This document shows positions 1 to 9,136 of a stretch of DNA of 64,000 nt, piece after piece (within the stretch, counting starts at the first letter, position 1; every line of letters starts with the position of its first letter). The DNA lies in the NCBI GenBank assembly GCA_041389445.1, contig JAWKRW010000002.1, positions 501,359-565,358 of the forward strand, read 5' to 3'. The notes under the pieces were generated by a model. The model did no database searches and was not told the origin of the DNA. It worked only from the letters and a program-made list of their open reading frames with translations. The position numbers were made by a program, and so were the translations under genes. The stretch is from Myxococcota bacterium (GTDB lineage: Bacteria > Myxococcota_A > UBA9160 > UBA4427).

Positions 1-661
1 AGAAGCCCTGGGTCGCGTCGCGGTAGAGGGGATCGGTGTCCATCAGCTTCTGATCGATGCGCCGCAGCAGGCCGAGCGAGCCCGCCTGCGCCGCGAACGG
101 GGGCGGCTCCAGGACGAGGCGTCCGTCGACCAGCTGGAAGCGCGGCTTCGGCTTGCCCCAGCGAACGCGATGCACGTGGCGATGATCGCCGAAGTGCGCG
201 ACGTAGGCGATGACCAGATCGGGCGAATAGCGAAAGCCCTCTTCCTGCAGGAAGAGGAACGATTGGTCGATGCCGTAGCCGCTGACGCCGAGATTGATCA
301 CCTCGAGGTCCTCGAAGTAGCCCTCGAGCAGACGCGAGTAGTGCTGGCCGATCATCACGCCGTAGCCGAAGGTCCGCGAGTCGCCGATCACGGCGATCCG
401 GAAGGTCCCGGGCGGCTTCTCGTAGGTCGTCTCGTCGTCGCGGAGCCCCTTCGCGTTGACGCGGTACTCGACGAGATGGCCCGAGCGGGAAGACGTTCCG
501 ACGGCGTTCTTCTTCAGGCGCCAGCCCAGCGTCGGGCTGGGCTCGCCGATGCGGCTCGGGACGATCTCCTCGGGTTGCAGCGCGCGGTAGGCCAGGTCGA
601 AGAAGCCGACGACGTGGATCGACGACGCGAGGGCCTGGAGGTGCTGTCCGCGGGAGGGCAT
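1..661 (-). CDS. SGNH/GDSL-type hydrolase-like protein, partial (3' end runs off the window)
   Basis: Hand translation of the minus strand from the ATG at 661 gives MPSRGQHLQALASS...FRIAVIGDSRTFGYGV...INLGVSGYGIDQ. This shows a GDS block-I motif and a G-x-G/DQ block, and the frame stays open to position 1. It is absent from the ORF track only because it has no stop in the window. The antisense track ORF 170..679 has typical shadow composition. It is a paralog of the N-terminal half of 59353..61311. Confidence 0.7.
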   Translation of the reverse strand, partial: MPSRGQHLQALASSIHVVGFFDLAYRALQPEEIVPSRIGEPSPTLGWRLKKNAVGTSSRSGHLVEYRVNAKGLRDDETTYEKPPGTFRIAVIGDSRTFGYGVMIGQHYSRLLEGYFEDLEVINLGVSGYGIDQSFLFLQEEGFRYSPDLVIAYVAHFGDHRHVHRVRWGKPKPRFQLVDGRLVLEPPPFAAQAGSLGLLRRIDQKLMDTDPLYRDATQGF

Positions 662-1008
662 GCCGTGTCCATTCGCTGATGAGGTGGGCCCACCGCAACG
701 GCGATGCACCCCTGGCGACCGAGAGCGACCCGGGCCCGATCCTGGCAGGCCTTTCGTCCATTCGCGAGATCTCTTGACGAGATCGGCGGCGGTCGGGCCG
801 GGCGGCGGAACGCCGAGCCGGCCGCGATCCGCTCCGCACGACCGACGAGCGAGCCGATTCCTCGATGGCCAGTACCCGTCGCGACCGAAGAGGGAACCCA
901 CGCGGACCGGAGCCGTCGGAGATCAGCGGACTTGCCAGCGAGACGCATCCGCGCGATCGGTCGGCGATCGCGACGGGTACGAGCGGCGGGAACGGAGAGG
1001 AGACCGCG

Positions 1009-1899
1009 ATGGAGACCAGGACCCCGAGGGTGTCGATCGGCATTCCGGTCTACAACGCCGAGGCCTATCTGGAGCAGACGATCCGCTCGATCCTGGACCA
1101 GACCTACACGGACTTCGAGCTCATCCTCTCCGACAACGCCTCGACCGACCGCTCCCTCGAGATCTGCCGCGCCTTCGCCGGGCGCGACCCGCGCATCCGG
1201 CTGACCGCCCACCCGGTCAATCGGGGCGCCCAGTTCAACTTCCGCTACGTCTTCCAGACGGCCCGCGCGCCCTACTTCCGTTGGTGTGCCTCCGACGACT
1301 ACTTCGCCCCCGAATCGCTCGAGGCCTGCGTCGCGACCCTCGACGTCCATCCCGACGCCGTCCTCTGCTACCCCGGCACGATCCTCGTCGATGGCGAAGG
1401 GCGCTTCCTGCGCGAGTACGACGACGACCTCGACCTGCGCATGGACGATCCGGTCGAGCGCTACCGCCAGGTCGTGGCCCGGATCGTCCTCGTCAACGTC
1501 ATCTACGGCCTGATGCGCTCGGACGCCGTCCGGCGCACGGGCCTGATCAGCCACTTCTTCGGCGCCGATCAGGTCTTCGTGGCGGAGCTCGCGCTCCAGG
1601 GCCGATTCCTGGCGATCGACCGCCCCCTCTTCTACCGCCGAATGCACGAGGCCGCCTCGAGCAGCATGCACGCCGACCCCGAGCGGCTGCAGACCTACCT
1701 CGACCCGAAGCGCGCCGGCCGACCGAACCCGCTGCTCTGGTACACCCTCTTCGAACGCCTGAAGGCGCCGCTGCGCGCGCCGATCGCCCTGGCCGATCGG
1801 CTGCGCCTCGCGAAGTTCGTCCTGCGGGCGGCCATCATGCGACGCGACGAGTACGCGGCCCAGCTACCCGCTCTGCTCGGCCGCAGATCGCGGGCCTAG
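1009..1899 (+). CDS. Family 2 glycosyltransferase
   Basis: The N-terminus VSIGIPVYNAEAYLEQTIRSILDQTYTDFELILSDNASTD is a classic GT2 N-terminus with a DxD-type region (CASDD). The in-frame ATG at 1009 is preceded by a GGAGAGG Shine-Dalgarno. The track ORF 865..1899 has an implausible N-terminal extension. Confidence 0.9.
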   Translation: METRTPRVSIGIPVYNAEAYLEQTIRSILDQTYTDFELILSDNASTDRSLEICRAFAGRDPRIRLTAHPVNRGAQFNFRYVFQTARAPYFRWCASDDYFAPESLEACVATLDVHPDAVLCYPGTILVDGEGRFLREYDDDLDLRMDDPVERYRQVVARIVLVNVIYGLMRSDAVRRTGLISHFFGADQVFVAELALQGRFLAIDRPLFYRRMHEAASSSMHADPERLQTYLDPKRAGRPNPLLWYTLFERLKAPLRAPIALADRLRLAKFVLRAAIMRRDEYAAQLPALLGRRSRA

Positions 1900-1943
1900 C
1901 AGACCGATCTCACGGTCCAATGCCGGCACCGCCACGCGCCCCC

Positions 1944-2483
1944 TCAGCGCGCGGCGCCGACCGCCCCGCGACGGACGAGCGACTGCCCGTCCGGCTCGTC
2001 GCCGACCTCGACGCGAACGACCCTTCGCGACGGCGTGAGCAGGAAGAGCGGCCGCTCGCTCCGATCCACCAGGGCCCGCTCCGAGCGATTCGGCGCCTCG
2101 TTCGCGCGATCGACCTCGGGCCGACCGGAGCGCGGGTGGACGACGTAGACGGCGACGTCCTGGGATCCGAGGGCCAGCCGGACGCGCATGGGCGCGCTCG
2201 ACCAGACGGGCTCTCGCGACGCGATCGGCGCCGACCAGACGTAGCCCCCGCCGACCTGGCGGATCGTGCCGAGCCGAAGGCGCGCCTGGCCATCCGGCCC
2301 CTCGCTCTCGCGGGCGTCCAGGAAGGCCGCCTCGATGGCCGACTCGATGGTCGGGAACACGCGGGAGACCTCGCTCGACGCCTCCCGATCGAGCGGGGTC
2401 GACCCGGGGGGCGGCGGGCTCGCGCAGGCGATCGTACTCGCGAAGCCCAGGATCAGAATGAGGAGTGAAGCAGGACGAAACAC
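1944..2483 (-). CDS. Hypothetical lipoprotein
   Basis: GTG start. The N-terminus (M)FRPASLLILILGFASTIAC contains a lipobox (STIAC). The composition is ordinary and the frame is GC3-rich. Confidence 0.65.
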   Translation of the reverse strand: MFRPASLLILILGFASTIACASPPPPGSTPLDREASSEVSRVFPTIESAIEAAFLDARESEGPDGQARLRLGTIRQVGGGYVWSAPIASREPVWSSAPMRVRLALGSQDVAVYVVHPRSGRPEVDRANEAPNRSERALVDRSERPLFLLTPSRRVVRVEVGDEPDGQSLVRRGAVGAAR

Positions 2484-2531
2484 GGGTGCCCCTTTCAGGA
2501 GCGCGCAGTCGGAACATCGTGCGGCATGATT

Positions 2532-2549
2532 ATTCCGACAATAGAGAAT
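2532..2549. promoter_or_regulatory. ATTC-N10-GAAT dyad (LysR-type T-N11-A-like box) in a divergent promoter region
   Basis: The sequence attccgacaatagagaat sits in the only AT-rich patch between the divergent lipoprotein gene (start 2483) and the LysR gene (start 2570). Confidence 0.3.
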
Positions 2550-2569
2550 CCCGTATATGATCGTTCCTC

Positions 2570-3526
2570 ATGAGTAACAATCAGCATTTTCCCAGTGTGG
2601 CAGGTATGGTGATCTTCGCGCACCTCGTGGAGACCGGCAGCTTCACGGCGACCGCCCACCGCCTCGGCATCTCGAAGGCATCGATCAGTCGCGAGGTCGC
2701 GGCCCTCGAGGAGCGGCTCGCCGCACAGCTCCTGGTCCGCACGACCCGCCGCATGAGCCTGACCGAGGCCGGCAGCATCTTCTACGAGCGCTGCCGCCGG
2801 GTCGTCGAGGAGGCGGAAGACGCGGAGCGTTCGATCCACGAACTCCAGGCGGAGCCCCACGGCACGCTTCACATGACCGTGCCCATGTCCTTCGGCGTCC
2901 ACGAGATCGCCCCCCGGATCGCCCGTCTGCTCGCGCGCCACCCGAGGCTCAAGGTCGAGATCGAGGCGACGGATCGCGTCGTCGATCTGGTCTACGAGCG
3001 GATCGACCTCGCGATCCGCATCAAGCGCCCGCGCGAGCAGAGCTACGTCATCCGCCGCATTTGTCCGATCCGCGGACTCCTGCTCGCGTCCCCCGGCTAT
3101 CTCGAACGCCACGGCGCGCCCCGAACGCCCCTGGAGGTCGCCGAGCACTTCTGCCTGACCTATCGCGGAGAGAGCGAGCTCTGGCGATTCTCGACCGGTG
3201 AGGAGGTCGCGGTCCGCGGCCGGCTCACGCTCGACAACGGCGACGGCCTGCGCGCGGCCGCGCTCGCGGGACTCGGGCTCGTCACGCTCCCGACCTACCT
3301 CTGCGGAGACGACGTACGCGCGGGCCGACTCGTGCCGCTGCTCCTCGACCACATCCATCCCGGCACGTCGGTCTTCGCGGTCTATCCCGAGAACCGCCAC
3401 CTCTCGCCCAAGGTGCGCGCCGTCATCGACTGGCTGGTCGAGGAGCTCGGACCGGAGCCCGAGTGGGACCGCGACCTGCCCGTGGCCGGACGTCATCGGA
3501 CATGGCGGGGACCGACCTCGACCTAG
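2570..3526 (+). CDS. LysR-family transcriptional regulator
   Basis: An N-terminal wHTH is present: FAHLVETGSFTATAHRLGISKASISREVAALEERLAAQLLVRTTRRMSLTEAG. A typical LysR substrate-binding domain follows. Confidence 0.9.
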   Translation: MSNNQHFPSVAGMVIFAHLVETGSFTATAHRLGISKASISREVAALEERLAAQLLVRTTRRMSLTEAGSIFYERCRRVVEEAEDAERSIHELQAEPHGTLHMTVPMSFGVHEIAPRIARLLARHPRLKVEIEATDRVVDLVYERIDLAIRIKRPREQSYVIRRICPIRGLLLASPGYLERHGAPRTPLEVAEHFCLTYRGESELWRFSTGEEVAVRGRLTLDNGDGLRAAALAGLGLVTLPTYLCGDDVRAGRLVPLLLDHIHPGTSVFAVYPENRHLSPKVRAVIDWLVEELGPEPEWDRDLPVAGRHRTWRGPTST

Positions 3527-3571
3527 CCATCGGCCGCTCGTCGTCTTCCTGCCCGCCGTCGACGCCGCGCG

Positions 3572-4252
3572 TCAAGCCCAGCGGAACTCGCTCATGCCGC
3601 CGGTGATCGCGCTGGCGAAGTCGTAGAAGCTCGGCACGTGGCGGAAGATCTCCTTCACGACCGTCGGGTCCCCGAAATAGATCGACTCGTCCGTGAAGTC
3701 ATCGAGCGAAGGGAACCGCTCGAGCACGATCCCGAGGTAGGCGGGCGCGGCCGGCGTCAGGCGGCGCGCGACCGCGTTGCGAACGTAGGACTGGCGCCTC
3801 GGGTGGAGATCGAAGGAGAGCCGCGAGTGGACCGCCCACTCGCGGTAGAAGTCCTCGAGCCCGACGGACGCCGGCTTGTCGTTGATGCTCCACTGGGTCA
3901 CCCCCGGAACCCGCCCGCCCCCGTCGGCTCGATGCGGACAGGGGGCCATCGTCGACTCGGTGACGAGGTAGCCCCAGAGCGCCTTCGCATGCGGCGCGAG
4001 CGCGGCCTCGAGCGCGGCCCGCCCGTCGAGATGCGGCAGCCAACACTCGAAGACCGCGGCGATCGCGTCGAAGTCGCCCACGATCCGCGCGGGACACCGC
4101 CGCCGGATCTCGTCGGCCTGATCCGGCGCGAGAATCGCCATCCGCTCGCCCCCGAGCGCCCGGGCCGCCGGAATCGCGCTCGCCGCGACCCGATCGACGC
4201 GACCTGCCACGGCATCGACCGGACCGGTCAGGACGTAGATCAGCTTTTCCAC
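3572..4252 (-). CDS. Conserved-looking hypothetical protein (226 aa), function unknown
   Basis: This is the C-terminal part of track ORF 3572..5125. Composition becomes normal from VEKLIYVLTGP... onward. The GTG at 4252 lies 2 nt after the TAG (4257..4255) of the upstream gene, so the two are translationally coupled. The upstream part of the track ORF is R/A/G junk overlapping the real VanY-like gene in another frame. Confidence 0.7.
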   Translation of the reverse strand: MEKLIYVLTGPVDAVAGRVDRVAASAIPAARALGGERMAILAPDQADEIRRRCPARIVGDFDAIAAVFECWLPHLDGRAALEAALAPHAKALWGYLVTESTMAPCPHRADGGGRVPGVTQWSINDKPASVGLEDFYREWAVHSRLSFDLHPRRQSYVRNAVARRLTPAAPAYLGIVLERFPSLDDFTDESIYFGDPTVVKEIFRHVPSFYDFASAITGGMSEFRWA

Positions 4253-4254
4253 GA

Positions 4255-5115
4255 CTAGTCCTCCTCGACCTCGCTCGCGTTCGCCGTCTCCGCCGTCCCG
4301 ACGAAGCGCCAATGCCAGGGCGAGCCCGGCGTCGCGCCGTCGGGCCCGACCTCGGGCTCGAAGCCGAAGCGCGCGGCATTCGAGGCGAGCCAGCGATGCT
4401 CGGCCAGCGCGGCGAACGCATCCCGATCGCTCCACGCGAGGTCGACCCCGCGCTCGCTCACGAAGTCGAGGCCGAGGGTCTCGACCCGGTTGTGGTCGCT
4501 CGCGCCGGGAAGCGAGACGTGGGCGAGGGTCGCAGCGAGCGAGTAGTCGAAGCTCGGAAGCAGCGCGACGATCAGCTGCAGCTGATGCGCGGGCGAGCGA
4601 TAGGCGGAGCCGATCAGGAGCCCGCGGCCGATGTCGTCGCGCATCGCTAGATCCATCGCGCGGAAGGCATGCCAGACGGACTCGGTCACGAGCTGCAGCG
4701 GAATCGTCCGATCGCCGTCGGGCGTCCGCGCGACCTGGTTCGCGATCCGGACCCAGGCGACGTCGCCCGGGATGCCGAGGTTCGGATCCGCCCCCGGCTG
4801 GGATCGGATCGCGTCGAGCAGGGCTCGCCCTCCGGCATCGGTCCCCGCATCGAGGTCCTCGTGCTCGAGCAGCAGGACCGCCTCTGGACCGGACGCCTCG
4901 GCCCGCGCGACGACGACCGCGAGCTGATCGCGCAACGCATCGATCCGCGCGCGCTGGGCCGTCGACGAGCCCTGCGGATCGAACGGCTCGGCTTCGATCG
5001 TCGTCGGCCCCCGCCCGGCACACGCCGCGAGCAGCAGCGCGGCCAGAGACGCGACGACGACACGGCGCCACGCGCTTCCATGCGATCGATCGGACATTCC
5101 TCCCCCTTTCGTCAT
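4255..5115 (-). CDS. VanY/peptidase M15-family D-alanyl-D-alanine carboxypeptidase-like lipoprotein
   Basis: A signal peptide with lipobox is present (VVVASLAALLLAAC). The core motifs SAYRSPAHQ, SDHN and PWHWRF match the VanY/M15B zinc-peptidase pattern. A GAGGA Shine-Dalgarno precedes the ATG at 5115. Confidence 0.8.
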   Translation of the reverse strand: MTKGGGMSDRSHGSAWRRVVVASLAALLLAACAGRGPTTIEAEPFDPQGSSTAQRARIDALRDQLAVVVARAEASGPEAVLLLEHEDLDAGTDAGGRALLDAIRSQPGADPNLGIPGDVAWVRIANQVARTPDGDRTIPLQLVTESVWHAFRAMDLAMRDDIGRGLLIGSAYRSPAHQLQLIVALLPSFDYSLAATLAHVSLPGASDHNRVETLGLDFVSERGVDLAWSDRDAFAALAEHRWLASNAARFGFEPEVGPDGATPGSPWHWRFVGTAETANASEVEED

Positions 5116-5188
5116 GCGTCCTCATCCGCTCCGAGGACCGCCGGCCGACCGGGGCCCGACGGCGGCCCGAGCGGGTGCGGCCCGCCCG

Positions 5189-6184
5189 TCAGTCTTCCGC
5201 CGCGCCCGCCGCCGCGAAGCGCTTGCGTTGCGCGATGCGCGCCCGCGACGCGGCGAGTGACGCGCAAAGCGCGTCGTCCTGCGCGACCCGCGCTCGCAAG
5301 GCCTTCGCGATCTCGACGCATTCGCCGCTCTGCGCGAGCAGGTTGTTGCCGATGCAGAGCAGGTCGAGCCCGGCATGGAGCGCCGCGAAGACCGCATGCT
5401 CCGTCGTCGCCGCCCCCTGGAGTCCCTGCATCTGGAGGTCGTCCGTCACGAGCAGCGCCTCGGGCCGCCTCGCCCGGAAGCGCGCCACCGCGGCGGGCGA
5501 GATCGAGACGGGTCGCTCGGCATCCCACTCGCGCACGAAGCCGTGCGAGAAGAGCGCGGCCGAGCCGGGCAGCTCGGCGACCAGGTGATAGAAGAGATCC
5601 TCCTGCGCCCGCGAGACGAGGCCCGAGATGTCGGTGAGCGCGAGATGGCTGTCGGTCCGGGCGCCCCCGAGTCCGGGGAAATGCTTGACGCAGAGCCCGA
5701 GCCCCGCGCGTCGGGCCGCCTCGCCGAAGATCCGCGCGCAGCGCGCGACCTCCTCTGGATCGGCCGAGTAGGCGCGCTCGATCTTCCCGATGTTCGGATT
5801 GTCGGGGTTGGTGTCGAGGTCGATGACCGGCGCGAGGTCGAAGTCGATGCCGAGCCGCTTCATCTCGTCGCAGCTCGCGGCGGCGAGTCGCCGCGCCTCG
5901 TCGTCGGGCAATCCGGCGAACGCGCGCGCCGAAGGCAGCTCGCAGAAGCCCGCCGCCGGCTTCAGACGCCGGACCCGCCCTCCCTCCTGGTCGACGAAGA
6001 CGAGCGGGCGACCCGGAAGCGCATGGACCTCGGCGCAGAGCGCCTGGAGCTGCTCCGGCGACCCGACGTTGCGCAGCCCGCCCTGCTGTACGTCGCGATC
6101 GAAGAGCAGCACGCCCCCGAGCCCGTACGCCGCCGCGAAGTCCACCAGCCAGGACGGCAGCGTGAGCCCCCGGAAGCCCAGCAT
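5189..6184 (-). CDS. nagZ: Beta-N-acetylhexosaminidase (glycoside hydrolase family 3)
   Basis: Diagnostic strings are GGVLLFDRD, VFVDQEGGRVRRL, APVIDLDTNPDNPNIG and KHFPGLGGARTDSH (KH(F/I)PG(H/L)G). ATG at 6184. An alternative TTG at 6238 would overlap the upstream stop as TTGA. The 113 aa upstream in the track ORF are junk. Confidence 0.85.
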   Translation of the reverse strand: MLGFRGLTLPSWLVDFAAAYGLGGVLLFDRDVQQGGLRNVGSPEQLQALCAEVHALPGRPLVFVDQEGGRVRRLKPAAGFCELPSARAFAGLPDDEARRLAAASCDEMKRLGIDFDLAPVIDLDTNPDNPNIGKIERAYSADPEEVARCARIFGEAARRAGLGLCVKHFPGLGGARTDSHLALTDISGLVSRAQEDLFYHLVAELPGSAALFSHGFVREWDAERPVSISPAAVARFRARRPEALLVTDDLQMQGLQGAATTEHAVFAALHAGLDLLCIGNNLLAQSGECVEIAKALRARVAQDDALCASLAASRARIAQRKRFAAAGAAED

Positions 6185-6234
6185 GAAGTGCTCGCCGACT
6201 CGCGGCGCCCCGGTCGCCGCGCCGCCCGCTGCCG

Positions 6235-7677
6235 TCAATCGAGCGCTCCGACCGGTACCAGACCGACGGGGATCGACATGATGTTCCAGGTCAGGACGCT
6301 GCGATCGTCGGTGCGCTGATGGATGTCCTCCTTGACCAGCCGGCGCCCGTTCCAGACATAGCGTCGGATCGCCTTGCCGTTGTCGTTCGCGACGTAGAGC
6401 TCCTGCTGGCCGTCGTCGTCGAGGTCCGTGACGAGCGCGGCATGCTCGAAGCTCCGCGAGTCGCGGTCGATCACCCGCTTCGTCCACGGCTTCGCGGGAT
6501 CCTCTCCGGGCTTCAGCCACCAGACGCCCGCCTGGAAGAGCGAGGCGACGATCTCCTGCTTGCCGTCCCCGTCGAGATCGCCGGGCGTGAGGAAGCGGCC
6601 GAGTCGGTCGTCGAACTCGGCGATCGAGACGCCCTGGTCCGGCGGGGTGTCCGCCTCGTAGCGCCAGATCTCGCTGCGATGGATCAGCGCCGGGCTCTTC
6701 GGATCCTTCTGACCCTCGACGAAGACGTAGAGCTCGTCCCGACCGTCGCCGTCGACGTCGTGGACCAGGATCTCCTTCGCGTGGCGCTTGCCGAGGTCGG
6801 CGACGACCTTGCGCCCCTCGCCCTTCGCGGGGACGTAGCGAACGACGTGTCCCTCCTGCTCGGAGCCGTCGAGCCGATTCGGCTCCGACGGCGTCGCGTA
6901 GATCTCGACCACGCCGTCGCCGTCGACGTCACCGAGCTCGACCTCGTGGACGAAGGTGTCCTTCTCGTGGTCGAGCTCCTCGACGCGGTACCCGCCCTCC
7001 TTCGGACGCACGACGGCGACGACGCCCTGGTCGTGGGTCGCGACCACGATGGCGCGCGTTCCGTCCCCGTCCACGTCGCCGATCTCGATGTCGCGCATGC
7101 GCGAGAACTTCCCGCCGAAGTCCTTCTCCCAGATCGTCTCGGCCACGAGCCGTCCGTCCCGAGCGTGCCAGAGCTTGAGCAGCGCCTTCGTGCCGCCCCC
7201 GGTGAGGAGGGCCGACTCGCCCGACGGCGTCGTGTAGGCGAGGGCCTTGTGGAAGACGTTGCTCTCGGGATCGGTCATGCGCGTCGTGATCCAGCGCCCG
7301 TCGCGACGGACGATGAACTCGAGCTCGGCGGGAAGCGGGACGGGCGGTCCCTCGTCGCCGGGCTTGCGCGCGTCGAAGGCCGAGAGCGCGAGCACGAGCG
7401 CATTCGGCAGCGCGTCGGGGAGTGCCGGCGTCCGGGCGGGTGCGGGCGTCGCGGCCGGCTCGACCACCCCGGGCTTCGACGCGCTCGCGCTCGGGTCGGC
7501 CGGCTTGCCTTCGTCGCGACAGCCCACGAGCGCGATGACCAGGGCAACGACGAACGCGACCCGGGCGACCCGCCCGCGACGCCTGATATTATAAAGGTGC
7601 TCTACCCGCGGGGCAGAGCGCGAGCCCTGCAGCGCGGCAGAGCGGAACGACGTCGAACGATGCTCGAAGAGACGCAT
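6235..7677 (-). CDS. FG-GAP/VCBS-repeat lipoprotein
   Basis: A lipobox is present (VVALVIALVGC). Five D-x-D-G-D-G calcium-type repeats are visible: IGDVDGDGTRAIVV, LGDVDGDGVVEIY, VHDVDGDGRDELY, PGDLDGDGKQEIV and VTDLDDDGQQELY. ATG at 7677. Confidence 0.8.
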   Translation of the reverse strand: MRLFEHRSTSFRSAALQGSRSAPRVEHLYNIRRRGRVARVAFVVALVIALVGCRDEGKPADPSASASKPGVVEPAATPAPARTPALPDALPNALVLALSAFDARKPGDEGPPVPLPAELEFIVRRDGRWITTRMTDPESNVFHKALAYTTPSGESALLTGGGTKALLKLWHARDGRLVAETIWEKDFGGKFSRMRDIEIGDVDGDGTRAIVVATHDQGVVAVVRPKEGGYRVEELDHEKDTFVHEVELGDVDGDGVVEIYATPSEPNRLDGSEQEGHVVRYVPAKGEGRKVVADLGKRHAKEILVHDVDGDGRDELYVFVEGQKDPKSPALIHRSEIWRYEADTPPDQGVSIAEFDDRLGRFLTPGDLDGDGKQEIVASLFQAGVWWLKPGEDPAKPWTKRVIDRDSRSFEHAALVTDLDDDGQQELYVANDNGKAIRRYVWNGRRLVKEDIHQRTDDRSVLTWNIMSIPVGLVPVGALD

Positions 7678-8570
7678 GGAAGGGGATCCTCGCCTGGTGG
7701 GAACCGGAACGGGCGCGACGAGCGCCGCGTCAGCCGGCATCGGCCGGGTCTGTGTAGCAATCGTCCGTTTCGGTTTCTCGCCAGGGAACTCGAGTTCCGA
7801 CGTTCGAAGGAATCGATGACCCGGACGGGGGCTCCGACTCGGGGCAGGCGACGCACGGGAATCGGACCTGCCGCTCGCCATTCATGCGCACGGGCACCAC
7901 GAGACGGACCAGGCCGAAGACCCGGTCCTTCCGGCGGATCTCGAGATCGCCGCGGTCGTGAGCCGGCGCGGCAGGCGCGTCACGCCCCTCGCTTCCCGCG
8001 CGGAGGTCGACGGCGCCTGCCCTCGACCGGCGCGAACGCCACGAACGCGCACGCGACCTCGAACGACTCGCCCGGCCAGAACCATGTCGAGCGCTTCGGG
8101 ACGCGCGCCCCTTCGGCGGCCTGCCCCGCCTCGCCGAAGCAGCCTGCCCGCGAAGCGAGCGGCGACACCGCCGCCGCCAACACCGCCGCCGCCGCGAAGG
8201 GCCGACCGTCGGCAGGAGGCGGATCGAGCGACACGCGCCTAGCATCGCGATCGATCGGACCAGGAGGATGCGCCCGCCCGCCACGGCATCCCCTCCCGGT
8301 CCGCCAGCCCGACGCCTGTCCCGAGAGCGGAGGCATTCGGGCGGTCGGAACGCCCAAACCCAAGGAGCCCCTCGCCGAAACCGCCCCCGTCCGCCTGCGC
8401 GCGGGTCGGAGCTCGACCGCGGCGGCGTCTCCGGCGCGCGTGGTTCGGGGTCGCTCGGTCCCGCGAGGCGCGTGCGGCCGTTGGCAGCCGCGGGCGACGG
8501 CATTAACGTGACCGCGACCCCCGCCGTCGCCCGTTGCACGCACCGAACCACGCCCATCGCAGGAGGGAGC

Positions 8571-8960
8571 ATGTCCGCACACGTCGTCCAAGTCCACGAC
8601 CGACCCGACCTCGAAGCGCAGATCGACCGTCCGGGCGGCGTCCGCGGCGCCGGCGCCAAGACCACCCGCTTCCTCGGCCTGCCCGGCGAGGACTTCACCC
8701 ATCCGACCCGGCCGCCCTACGCCTACTTCATCGAGCGACCGAAGGGCGACGTCACGCCCGACCATGCCCACGACGCGAATCGGACCGAGTTCGTCGTCGA
8801 GGGAAGGATCGAATGGCGCGAGCGCGGCAAGCCGCCGGTCGAGTACGGCGCGGGAACGCTGACCTGGGTCGAGGCCGGGACGATCTACGGCTACACCGTG
8901 CTCGAGGACGCGAAGATCCTGATCCTCTTCGAGAAGTCGCCGGGCATGAACTACCGCTGA
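8571..8960 (+). CDS. Cupin-domain protein
   Basis: An AGGAGGGA Shine-Dalgarno lies 3 nt before the ATG at 8571. The sequence DHAHDANRTEFVVEGRIEW...GTLTWVEAGTIYGYTV resembles a cupin beta-barrel with metal-binding His residues. Confidence 0.75.
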   Translation: MSAHVVQVHDRPDLEAQIDRPGGVRGAGAKTTRFLGLPGEDFTHPTRPPYAYFIERPKGDVTPDHAHDANRTEFVVEGRIEWRERGKPPVEYGAGTLTWVEAGTIYGYTVLEDAKILILFEKSPGMNYR

Positions 8961-9136
8961 GCACGCGCCGCCTTCCTCGCGTGGGCCTCGCGCGGACCTC
9001 GCGCGGGCCTCGCGCGGGCCTCGCGCGGGCGATCCGAACGATCCGCCGGACCGTGGTGTCCTACGACACGGCCGGGATGCCCACGTCGCGTGGGTACCCC
9101 GCTGTGTGGTCCCCCGTCTGCGCAGAGGAGGTCGCC

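Noticed and set aside
170-679. 169-aa plus-strand ORF at the window start
   Set aside because: It is Asp/Val/Glu/Leu/Ala-rich antisense-type sequence. The opposite strand encodes a recognisable SGNH hydrolase with a GDS motif.
3572-5125. Single 517-aa ORF in the track
   Set aside because: Only the last 226 codons look real. The upstream portion overlaps, out of frame, the VanY-like gene (4255..5115), which has motifs and a lipobox. I split it into two genes.
5189-6520. N-terminal 112-aa extension of the NagZ ORF
   Set aside because: The extension is Arg/Pro/Gly junk and overlaps the end of the upstream FG-GAP gene. NagZ homology begins at MLGFRG...; I used the ATG at 6184 and noted the TTG at 6238 as an alternative.
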